A stretch of 27,298 nucleotides of DNA from an uncultured Armatimonadetes bacterium (GCA_937139515.1 CAKZQI010000030.1:1-27298), one strand, 5' to 3'. Counted from the stretch's first letter, positions 15,531-23,143 are shown. The notes: generated from the sequence alone by a model not told the origin. Made by a program: numbers and translations.

Positions 15531-17324
15531 ATGAACCCTGTCATAAACGCCTCTGAACCGATATGGGCTGTGGGCAGTGCTTTTCTCACTGCTCTCCTGA
15601 TAGCGCTTACGGGCAGGTGGCAGAATCTGCGCGACCTGTGGAGCCCGCTGGGCGCGCTGGCTCAGTTTGGGATTGTAGCGTCGCTCGTGCCCGCTGTGCT
15701 GTCAGGCGAGACCCGCACCTTCACCCTCACCACGCCCATGCCTGGGGTCGCCCTCTACTTCAAAGTGGACGAGTTGGGGCTATTCTTTGCCCTGATGGCG
15801 TCGTTCCTGTGGTTCATCGCCTCGCTCTATTCGGTAGGCTATATGCGCGCCCTCAAGGAGCACGCCCAGACCCGGTTTTTCGCCTTCTACGCCATTTCGT
15901 TGGGGTCTGCGGTGGGGATTGCGTTTGCAGGCAACCTGTTCACCTTGTTTGTGTTCTACGAGATGCTCACTTTGGCGACCTACCCGCTGGTCGTCCACAA
16001 ACAAGATGCCGAAGCACGGGCGAAGGCGCGCGTCTACATGACCTATCTGCTGGGAACCTCTATCGGCTTCCAGTTCACGGCGATCTTGGTTATTTACGGG
16101 ATTTCGGGCGAGCTGAACTTCACCAAAGGCGGGTTCCTGCAGGGTCAGGCACCCGATTGGCTCTTGCTCTCGGCGTTTCTGCTTTATATCGCTGGGATTG
16201 GCAAGTCGGCGATTATGCCTTTTCACAAGTGGCTTCCCTCAGCGATGGTAGCGCCTGCGCCTGTGAGTGCGCTCCTACACGCCGTGGCGGTCGTCAAGGC
16301 GGGTGTGTTCACCGTGCTGAGGGTGGTGGTCTATGTGTTCGGGGTGGACTGCTTGGTGAGCCTGCAGGTAGCGCAGATTTTGCCTTATGTTGCGGGCACG
16401 ACGATTGTGGTAGCCTCGCTGATTGCCCTGTTTCAGGACGACCTGAAGTTGCGACTTGCCTACTCCACGATTAGCCAGCTCTCGTATGTTGTGTTGGGGG
16501 CAGGGCTGTTGTCACCGTTGGGAGCGATGGGCGCGACGCTCCATATGGTGTTCCACGGCTTTGCGAAGATTACACTCTTCTTCACAGCAGGGCACATCTA
16601 CTGCGCCACCAAGAAGACCAAAATCAGCCAGATGCGCGGGATAGGCAAACAGATGCCCTTCACGATGATTGGGTTTACGATAGGTGCGTTGGGGATGATA
16701 GGGCTTCCTCCCGCCTCCAGTTTGTGGAGCAAGTGGTACATCGGTTTGGGCGCCCTTGAGACCCAACACTACTTCGCTCTAGGTGTGCTGGTGGTCAGCA
16801 CGATTTTGAATGCCCTGTACTTTTTGCCGATTGTCTACTCCGCTTTCTTTGAGGGTGGGGGGGGAGTAGAAGCCCTCACCCTCCCCAGCCCTCCCTCTCC
16901 CAACACTGTGGGAGAGGGAGAGAGCCAACTGCTCCCCTCTCCCGACGCTGCGGGAGAGGGGTCGGTAAACCTCACCCCCCCAGCCCCCCTCTCCGCAAGC
17001 AGAGAGGGGGGTGAAGCCCTATATTCCCCCTCTCCGTTTACGGAGAGGGGGCAAGGGGGTGAGGTGAACCCAGAAACCCCCTCCCCAACCCTACCCCTAA
17101 GCGCAGGGGGAGAGAGCCAACTGCTCCCCTCTTCCGAAGCTTCGGGAGAGGGGCAGGGGGTTAGGGCAACCGAGAAGCCTCCAACAAGTGAGGTCATAGA
17201 GTTCTCTACACCCTACCTAACCCTAATGACGCTGGCAATTTGCGCCACGGCGCTGGGCGTGCTGGTGCTGTTCGTTTACCCCCATCCCTTTCTGGAGTTG
17301 GCACGGAGGGTCGCTGGGCTATGA
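15531..17324 (+). CDS. NuoL/MrpA N-terminal-like antiporter subunit with multiple in-frame hairpin-repeat insertions
   Basis: AMVAPAPVSALLHAVAVVKAGVF resembles the NuoL/MrpA motif PTPVSALIHAATMV. It has about 14 TM helices. Residues approx. 445-545 are a low-complexity P/G/S/E linker encoded by five hairpin repeats. RBS AGGAG precedes the ATG at 15531. Confidence 0.75.
   Translation: MNPVINASEPIWAVGSAFLTALLIALTGRWQNLRDLWSPLGALAQFGIVASLVPAVLSGETRTFTLTTPMPGVALYFKVDELGLFFALMASFLWFIASLYSVGYMRALKEHAQTRFFAFYAISLGSAVGIAFAGNLFTLFVFYEMLTLATYPLVVHKQDAEARAKARVYMTYLLGTSIGFQFTAILVIYGISGELNFTKGGFLQGQAPDWLLLSAFLLYIAGIGKSAIMPFHKWLPSAMVAPAPVSALLHAVAVVKAGVFTVLRVVVYVFGVDCLVSLQVAQILPYVAGTTIVVASLIALFQDDLKLRLAYSTISQLSYVVLGAGLLSPLGAMGATLHMVFHGFAKITLFFTAGHIYCATKKTKISQMRGIGKQMPFTMIGFTIGALGMIGLPPASSLWSKWYIGLGALETQHYFALGVLVVSTILNALYFLPIVYSAFFEGGGGVEALTLPSPPSPNTVGEGESQLLPSPDAAGEGSVNLTPPAPLSASREGGEALYSPSPFTERGQGGEVNPETPSPTLPLSAGGESQLLPSSEASGEGQGVRATEKPPTSEVIEFSTPYLTLMTLAICATALGVLVLFVYPHPFLELARRVAGL
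16891..17153. repeat. Cluster of five palindromic hairpin repeats, including copy B of the 125-bp unit (16971-17095) flanked by a ~47-bp direct repeat (16915-16961 and 17107-17153)
   Basis: Hairpins: 16891-16920 (12-bp stem CTCCCTCTCCCA/TGGGAGAGGGAG), 16934-16961 (CCCCTCTCCCG/CGGGAGAGGGG), 16984-17011, 17026-17051 and 17126-17153 (one stem mismatch). All are in frame with the host CDS and contain no stop codon. Confidence 0.85.
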
Positions 17325-17509
17325 AAGGTCTGCGCTGGATTTTGTTGGGCGTTTGGCTCGTCGGTCTGCTGGCGGAGAGCCTGCTCACGAAACAGAAACT
17401 CCCTCTCCCGTACGCCCTGTTGGGGCTGATTGGGACTTTCGGTTTCGTGCTGGCTTACGAACTATTCGGCAAGCGTCTGTTAGCCCGCAAGGAGGACTAC
17501 TATGCCTGA
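17321..17509 (+). CDS. Small (62 aa) membrane protein translationally coupled between two antiporter subunit genes
   Basis: MKGLRWILLGVWLVGLLAES...LLGLIGTFGFVLAYELFG gives two predicted TM helices. Its ATG overlaps the upstream stop (ATGA) and its stop overlaps the downstream ATG by 8 nt. Confidence 0.5.
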   Translation: MKGLRWILLGVWLVGLLAESLLTKQKLPLPYALLGLIGTFGFVLAYELFGKRLLARKEDYYA

Positions 17510-19199
17510 GGCGCTCCACCCTGGTCTCCTGCTGATGGTGAGCGCACTCCTCATTCCCCTACTCCCAAATAGGCTTAGAGCGGGCTACCTCGTGTTGGTT
17601 CCGATTGCCGTGCTGGCGCTGCTGATGAACCTACCCGAAGGTCAGTGGCTTCGTGTACCGCTGTTGGATTACACCCTGACCCTGCTTCGTGTAGACCGCT
17701 TGAGTATGGGGTTCGCGCTGGCGTTCGTGATAGCGTTGGGCGCAGGGATGGGGTACGGGCTTCCCCAGCGCGATTGGCGCGAACATCTCCTCGCCTATCT
17801 CTACGCAGGAAGCACTTTAGGGGTCACCTTCGCAGGCGACTTGCTCACCCTGTTCGTGTTCTGGGAGATGATGGCGCTCTTTGCGACCTTGCTTATCTGG
17901 AGCGCACGACGAACCGATTCGTACCGAGCAGGGCTACGGTACCTAATCTACCACCTCATTGGGGGGCTGTTCCTGCTCTTCGGTATTCTGGGGCACTGGG
18001 CAGGGGGCGGTGGGCTGGAATTCAATGCGCTGGCGTTGGATAGCGTGTGGGCGTGGTGCATTTTGATAGCGTTCGTCATCAACGCGGGCGTTCCGCCGTT
18101 CCACACCTGGCTTCCCGACGCCTACCCGACCGCCTCAGTATCGGGAATTGTCTACCTGGGCGCGTTCACCACGAAGGCATCAGTCTATGTGTTGGCACGG
18201 GGTTTTGCGGGCGCTGAGGTCTTGATGTGGGCAGGGGCAGTGATGGCGCTTTACGGGGTGGTCTACGCCACTTTCCAAAACGATATGCGTCGCCTGCTCT
18301 CGTACCACATCGTGAGCCAGGTGGGATACATGGTGTGTGCGGTCGGTGTGGGGGGCGTTCAAGGGGTCAACGGCGCAACGGCACACGCATTCGCACATAT
18401 CATGTACAAGTCGCTCTTGTTGATGGGGGCAGGCGCTGTGCTATTTGCCACGGGCAAAGAGAAGCTCAGCGACCTCACAGGTGGCGAGCTATATCGTCGC
18501 TTGCCTCTGTCGCTTATGCTGTATCTCATCGGGGCGCTCTCTATAGCGGGTGTGCCCCTGTTCAACGGCTTCGTGAGCAAGGCGATTATCACCGAAGGAT
18601 TGGAGACGCTCGGTCAGAAGGCGGTCTATCTTATGCTCACGATTGCGTCGGTGGGCACCTTCTTGTCGGTTGCGCTCAAGTTGGCGTATTTCGCTTGGTT
18701 CGGCAAGCCCGGCCCAGAGCGGGTTGCGCAGTACCAAACGGTACAAGAGGTTCCACGAAGCATGCATCTTGGGATGGCGGTATTGGCAGTGGTATGCGTG
18801 GGAATGGGAGTAGCGCCCAGCCTGTTCAATTGGATTCTGCCGTACCCCGAAGCGCTCGCCGTGTACTCCACAGACAAGGTGCTGACCACTATGAACCTGT
18901 TCGTCGGCACGAGCGTGGGCTTTGCATGGCTGGTGGCGCGCCTACAACCAAAACCGAAAGAGATTTTGGATCTGGATTGGTTCTATCGGCGCGGGCTGTA
19001 CCCGTTCGTGGCGTGGAGCGTGCCGGCGGTCAGGCGTGCTTCTCGGCGTGTGGGGCGTCTCACTTTGGCGCGCGCCTTAGCACGCTCGCGCGACTGGCTG
19101 GAAGCGCGCTCGGCAGGCAGTTTCTCCGTGAGCGACGCAATTGTCTGGATTGCGCTGTTCCTGCTGGTCTATATCGGGGCGTATTTGCTTGTGAGGTGA
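17502..19199 (+). CDS. Second MrpD-like (NuoM/N family) antiporter subunit
   Basis: FHTWLPDAYPTASVSGIVYLGAFTTKASVY motif, multi-TM, and a conserved N-terminal NuoN-like region (LTLFVFWEMMAL). Confidence 0.8.
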   Translation: MPEALHPGLLLMVSALLIPLLPNRLRAGYLVLVPIAVLALLMNLPEGQWLRVPLLDYTLTLLRVDRLSMGFALAFVIALGAGMGYGLPQRDWREHLLAYLYAGSTLGVTFAGDLLTLFVFWEMMALFATLLIWSARRTDSYRAGLRYLIYHLIGGLFLLFGILGHWAGGGGLEFNALALDSVWAWCILIAFVINAGVPPFHTWLPDAYPTASVSGIVYLGAFTTKASVYVLARGFAGAEVLMWAGAVMALYGVVYATFQNDMRRLLSYHIVSQVGYMVCAVGVGGVQGVNGATAHAFAHIMYKSLLLMGAGAVLFATGKEKLSDLTGGELYRRLPLSLMLYLIGALSIAGVPLFNGFVSKAIITEGLETLGQKAVYLMLTIASVGTFLSVALKLAYFAWFGKPGPERVAQYQTVQEVPRSMHLGMAVLAVVCVGMGVAPSLFNWILPYPEALAVYSTDKVLTTMNLFVGTSVGFAWLVARLQPKPKEILDLDWFYRRGLYPFVAWSVPAVRRASRRVGRLTLARALARSRDWLEARSAGSFSVSDAIVWIALFLLVYIGAYLLVR

Positions 19200-19248
19200 G
19201 TCCCCATATACCCCAAACGAGGTATCATTTAGCCCATCACAGCCACGA

Positions 19249-19977
19249 ATGAAGCAATCAATCGGCGACTGGGCACTGATCCAACAGACCGTATCGTGGG
19301 GCATCACCCTTACCCCACACCAGCTGAGCCAGCTGGAACGCTATCTGGAACGGCTTTATGAGACCAACCAGCAGTTCAACCTGACACGGGTGCCCCCTGA
19401 ACAGACGGTAGGACGCCACATTATCGACTCGCTCTGCTTGCTGGCTGTCGCTGAGTTTGCGGAGGGCGCACGCTTGCTGGACATCGGTACGGGCGCTGGA
19501 CTGCCCGGCATTCCTCTCGCTATCGTTCGTCCTGACCTGCAGGTGACCTTGCTCGACTCCCACGCGAAATCGGTGCGCTTCTTGGAGCAGGTCTGCCAAG
19601 AGTTAGGACTGAAGGCAATCGCCATCCACGCCCGCGCTGAGGAGTGGGCGCATAACTCCGCCGTGCGAGAGGGGTTTGACAGTGTCGTTGCCCGTGCCGT
19701 CGCCAAAATGCCCGTACTGGCAGAACTGATGCTCCCCTTCTTGAAAGTTGGCGGAACTGCCCTTGCCCTCAAGAGTATCCACGAACACGATGAGGTCCTC
19801 AGCGCCCACAAAGCGGTTGAGCAGTTGGGGGGTCAACTCTGCTTGCACGAGGTTCCTATCCAGGCCGAGCAAGGTACGCTCACACGCCTCATCGCGCGCA
19901 TCACCAAAACACACCCCACCCCCAGTGCATATCCCCGCCGTTGGAGCCTCATCACGAAACATCCCCTACACGAATGA
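19249..19977 (+). CDS. rsmG: 16S rRNA (guanine527-N7)-methyltransferase RsmG (GidB)
   Basis: Conserved blocks: YETNQQFNLTRV, GRHIIDSL, LLDIGTGAGLPGIPLAIVRPDLQVTLLDSHAKSVRFL and VVARAVAKMPVLAELMLPFLKVGGTALALKS. Located near oriC. Confidence 0.9.
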   Translation: MKQSIGDWALIQQTVSWGITLTPHQLSQLERYLERLYETNQQFNLTRVPPEQTVGRHIIDSLCLLAVAEFAEGARLLDIGTGAGLPGIPLAIVRPDLQVTLLDSHAKSVRFLEQVCQELGLKAIAIHARAEEWAHNSAVREGFDSVVARAVAKMPVLAELMLPFLKVGGTALALKSIHEHDEVLSAHKAVEQLGGQLCLHEVPIQAEQGTLTRLIARITKTHPTPSAYPRRWSLITKHPLHE

Positions 19978-21104
19978 GAGTCGCCATCGATGCCCGCCTG
20001 CTCACAGGAGCCTACACCGGAGACCGCACCTACTGGCGGGGCTTGCTGAGCGCCCTGAGCAAAATACTCCGCCCCGACCAAGACCGTCTCCTGCTTTTCT
20101 CAACGCGCCCTATCCCAGCGGGGACACTGCCTGAAAGCCCTATTTTTGAGCCAGTAGTTGTGCCTGCCCTTAGTGAACGCCTCTGGAGCCTCTTCCGATT
20201 GCCCGCTCTGGCTCGGCAACATCGGTGCGACCTTGCTCACACACAATACACCGTTTCACCTTTCTTTAGAATGCCCGTACTTACGACAGTTCACGATATT
20301 TCCTTTTTGGTCTACCCTGAGTGGTTTCCGCTCAAGGATCGGATACTCTTGCGATGGACAATCCCCGCCTCCTGCCGAAGGGCTTGCAGGGTTCTGACCG
20401 TCTCTGAGTCGTCGCGAGAAGACATACTGCGATACCTGAACCTTCCCTCTGAAAAAGTGATTGCCACGCCGAACGGACTCCCCGAAGGTTTCCACCCGAT
20501 ACCGAAAGCGGAGGCGCAGGCTTGGGTCGCCAAGCACTACAATATTCGTCTACCTTTCGCCTTGGCGGTGGGGGTACTCCAGCCCCGCAAGAACCTGCTC
20601 TTAGCGATTGAGGCGGTACATCTCGCCCGCGAAAAGTGTCCCGACTTGCAGTTGGTGCTGACGGGCAAATCGGGCTGGGGTCTCAAGGCGATTCGCACGG
20701 CGCGCCAAGCTCTGGGCGATACCCACTGGCTCATCGAAACGGGCTATGTGCCCGATGAGCATTTGGTCTGGCTGTACAACGCCTGCGAGGTGTTTTTGTA
20801 TCCCTCCTTTTACGAGGGCTTCGGGCTTCCGCCTTTGGAGGCGATGGCGTGCGGGTGCGCTGTGATTGCCTCCAACGGGGGGGCACTGCCCGAAGTGGTG
20901 CAGTCGGGAGGCATCCTGCTTCCCCCCACCGAACCCGGCATGTGGATGGAAGCCATTCTCACCCTCCTGCAAAATCCGTCCTACCGAGAGAGGCTTCAGG
21001 CACAGGCGTTGGAGCAGGCGAAGCGGTTCCGCTGGGAGCAGACCGCCCAACGCACCCTGCAAGCTTATCAAGCTTGCCTCGAGTTATCCACAAATTGTGG
21101 ATAA
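19974..21104 (+). CDS. GT4-family glycosyltransferase (glycosyl transferase group 1)
   Basis: Starts MRVAIDARLL. Has the C-terminal GT4 motif FLYPSFYEGFGLPPLEAMACGCAVIASNGGALPEVV. Its ATG overlaps the rsmG stop (ATGA). Confidence 0.85.
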   Translation: MRVAIDARLLTGAYTGDRTYWRGLLSALSKILRPDQDRLLLFSTRPIPAGTLPESPIFEPVVVPALSERLWSLFRLPALARQHRCDLAHTQYTVSPFFRMPVLTTVHDISFLVYPEWFPLKDRILLRWTIPASCRRACRVLTVSESSREDILRYLNLPSEKVIATPNGLPEGFHPIPKAEAQAWVAKHYNIRLPFALAVGVLQPRKNLLLAIEAVHLAREKCPDLQLVLTGKSGWGLKAIRTARQALGDTHWLIETGYVPDEHLVWLYNACEVFLYPSFYEGFGLPPLEAMACGCAVIASNGGALPEVVQSGGILLPPTEPGMWMEAILTLLQNPSYRERLQAQALEQAKRFRWEQTAQRTLQAYQACLELSTNCG

Positions 21105-21382
21105 CTCCGTGTGGATAACCGATTCACGCCCCTCCGCGCCGAGTTATCCACAGGTTATCCACAAGTTATCCACAGAGTTATCCACAATTGCTTAGCTCGG
21201 CTAATTAACCAGCAAGTCAGCTCTAAAAAGGTGCATTTTGAACTCAAAATCGGTGCCAGAGCGCACCCATATTATACCGACCGACGGGTCGAAAAGCCGA
21301 GTTATCCACAATTCCACATCCCTAATAATTACAATGACTCTCTCTATAGGAAGGGAATCGAATTGTGGTTGGGTGTGGATAA
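21084..21382. other. Chromosomal replication origin (oriC) core: 8 perfect DnaA boxes TTATCCACA/TGTGGATAA plus AT-rich stretches
   Basis: Perfect 9-mers at 21084-21092 (+), 21097-21105 (-), 21110-21118 (-), 21144-21152, 21155-21163, 21166-21174, 21178-21186 (four tandem, 11-12 bp apart), 21302-21310 (+) and 21374-21382 (-). AT-rich segments lie at 21228-21250, 21268-21282 and 21318-21348. rsmG (gidB) is adjacent. Confidence 0.85.
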
Positions 21383-21532
21383 CTCGCTGAGACCCCCAGA
21401 GGGCCTACAAGCCCATAGAGAGCAAGAAAGCAGTAGAAGTCTCTGAGAGAAACTTATGCAGAATGTCCTCAACTGTAAAGCCAAGCAGTAACACCCAACA
21501 GCGAGTTTTAGTTCAATACGAAAAGCCCACTT

Positions 21533-21603
21533 GTCACCCTGAGCGTTAGCGAAGGGTCTCTACTTCGGGTGGCACCGAGATTCTTCGCTTCGCTCAGGAT
21601 GAC
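21533..21603. repeat. 71-bp palindromic element with 13-bp terminal inverted repeats (GTCACCCTGAGCG...CGCTCAGGATGAC), full copy
   Basis: Arms CCTGAGCGTTAGCGAAGGGTCTC and its near-reverse-complement GAGATTCTTCGCTTCGCTCAGG flank an 18-bp core. Related copies lie at 3574-3643 and 115-143. Confidence 0.6.
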
Positions 21604-21679
21604 ATATCGGGGTAAGGACTGACGAGAGGGCATCAAAGTGTGAGTAGGTTGGACAATTATGAACTCAGGGAATCTCTCC

Positions 21680-21707
21680 TTGTCAGGGATACCTGAAGGG
21701 GTATAAT
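21680..21707 (+). promoter_or_regulatory. Sigma-70-type promoter (TTGTCA-16-TATAAT) for the 21733 gene
   Basis: -35 TTGTCA at 21680-21685, -10 TATAAT at 21702-21707. RBS GGAGGT lies about 8 nt before the ATG at 21733. Confidence 0.55.
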
Positions 21708-21732
21708 CCCCACCGATGGAGGTAATGACGGA

Positions 21733-22404
21733 ATGGGTTGGTTGACCCCCGATTTTCGCACGATGCTTCAAGACCGTTTGCGCGATTTGCAGATGGAAGT
21801 CCGTGCGGAAGGGGTGAGATTGGGTGAACTGCGCAAAATCAACAAAGACTTCGCCAACGCCTACCGCTTCAAGTGGATGCGCGTGTTATACAAGGAACCG
21901 CTCAAACTGCGCTTAGAGTCGGAGGTGCTCTCACGGCGCATCACCTATGTGCTGAATGGAGGCACAAAACTGGTCACTGCGCCCGGCGAGCGCATCCGAG
22001 AGGATGTCTCTAACTCTCCTGGCAAACGCCAGACCTCTATGGACTTTGGTTTTATTACCCCTGCGTTGGCGCGTCAGCTGGATGTGAAGTTTTTGCGTGA
22101 AGAGCGGGTGGATGGCGTAGTACTTCCTGTGTTTCAGTTAGAGTGGAACTACGGCGATGACGATGCACGCCACATCGTGTGGATGGACCCCGAAAAGAAA
22201 TATATCGTGCGACGCGTGTGGTACAGCCGAACAGGAACCTACCGTGCGCGCTTTGAGCATAAAGAACCTGTGCAGGGCGCGCCGGGCATCTGGATCCCCT
22301 CCCGCATCGAGGTCTACAACAGAGACCAGCGATTCGGCGGGCGCACGGTCAACAGCAACATCAAGGTCAATCAGGGCTTAGATGACTCCCTCTTCAGCGT
22401 CTAA
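21733..22404 (+). CDS. Hypothetical protein, possibly LolA-like/outer-membrane lipoprotein-sorting fold
   Basis: 223 aa with a strong promoter and RBS. Beta-rich composition; the C-terminal ...KVNQGLDDSLFSV resembles LolA-like domain endings. No N-terminal signal peptide is evident. Confidence 0.35.
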   Translation: MGWLTPDFRTMLQDRLRDLQMEVRAEGVRLGELRKINKDFANAYRFKWMRVLYKEPLKLRLESEVLSRRITYVLNGGTKLVTAPGERIREDVSNSPGKRQTSMDFGFITPALARQLDVKFLREERVDGVVLPVFQLEWNYGDDDARHIVWMDPEKKYIVRRVWYSRTGTYRARFEHKEPVQGAPGIWIPSRIEVYNRDQRFGGRTVNSNIKVNQGLDDSLFSV

Positions 22405-23143
22405 ACCGTTTGAGCAGGTCGCACCGTACTACGACCTGCTGATGCGTGAAATCCCCTATTTGTGGTGGCTTCATTATATCGAGGTGCTTCTGGAACATCA
22501 CGAGCGCCCGAATGTGAAGCGGGTGCTGGATTTGTGCTGTGGTACGGGCAACCTCACCGAACTGCTCGCCCTGAGCGGCTTTGAGGCGGTGGGGGTTGAC
22601 CTTTCCGAGCCGATGGTCCAGTGCGCCCGCCAAAAAGCCCAAGCGCATAACCTCTCTATTCCCTATTATGTGCAAGACGCCAGCGAGCTGAACCTACCCG
22701 AACGCTTTGACCTAGTGGTGAGCCTGTTTGATAGCCTGAACAACATCATCGTGCCTGAACGCTTCGCAGAGTGTATGAGGCGGGTCTATCACCACCTGAA
22801 CCCTGAGGGGCTGTTCATCTTTGACCTCAACACCGAATATGCCTTCAAAGAGAAGCTGTTCGACCAGTCCAACCGTCGTTCGCGTTCGGGCTTGCGCTAT
22901 CACTGGCGTAGCGAGTACGACCCGCGCACTCGACTCTGCACAGTGCGGATGGAATTCTGGGTGAGCGAGGGCGGGCAGTGGCGCTATTTTCAGGAGATCC
23001 ACCTCCAGCGCGCCTACTCCAACCGTGAGGTAGAGGCGATGCTACGCGAAGCGGGCTTCAACGAGGTGTACCTCTACGACGCTTACAGCTTTGATCCGCC
23101 GATGAACCGCTCCGACCGTGTGTTTTTTGTGGCACTGGTGTAG
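22382..23143 (+). CDS. Class I SAM-dependent methyltransferase
   Basis: Motif I VLDLCCGTGNLTELLALSGFEAVGVDLSEPMV, and an N-terminal FEQVAPYYDLL typical of Methyltransf_11/25 proteins. Overlaps the upstream gene by 23 nt. Confidence 0.75.
   Translation: MTPSSASKPFEQVAPYYDLLMREIPYLWWLHYIEVLLEHHERPNVKRVLDLCCGTGNLTELLALSGFEAVGVDLSEPMVQCARQKAQAHNLSIPYYVQDASELNLPERFDLVVSLFDSLNNIIVPERFAECMRRVYHHLNPEGLFIFDLNTEYAFKEKLFDQSNRRSRSGLRYHWRSEYDPRTRLCTVRMEFWVSEGGQWRYFQEIHLQRAYSNREVEAMLREAGFNEVYLYDAYSFDPPMNRSDRVFFVALV

Noticed and set aside
15226-17153. Palindromic GC-rich repeats considered as a CRISPR array or intergenic REP elements
   Set aside because: Spacing and repeat identity are irregular. The hairpin stems are only 10-12 bp. 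All copies lie inside continuous large ORFs and preserve the frame.
18227-19252. Plus-strand 341-aa ORF (Arg/Gly-rich)
   Set aside because: An alternative frame of the mrpD-like gene (17502-19199), with no RBS. The in-frame MrpD motifs identify the true frame.
21084-21382. Regularly repeated 9-mers that could be mistaken for a CRISPR array
   Set aside because: The repeats are 9-bp perfect DnaA boxes (TTATCCACA) in both orientations with 2-3-bp or irregular spacers. They are not 25-40-bp direct repeats with unique spacers, and no cas genes are present.
21508-21771. Minus-strand 87-aa ORF
   Set aside because: It translates straight through the 71-bp palindromic repeat, producing the recurring VILSEAKNL-type peptide. 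It also overlaps the promoter and start of the 21733 gene. It is a typical repeat-derived false ORF.
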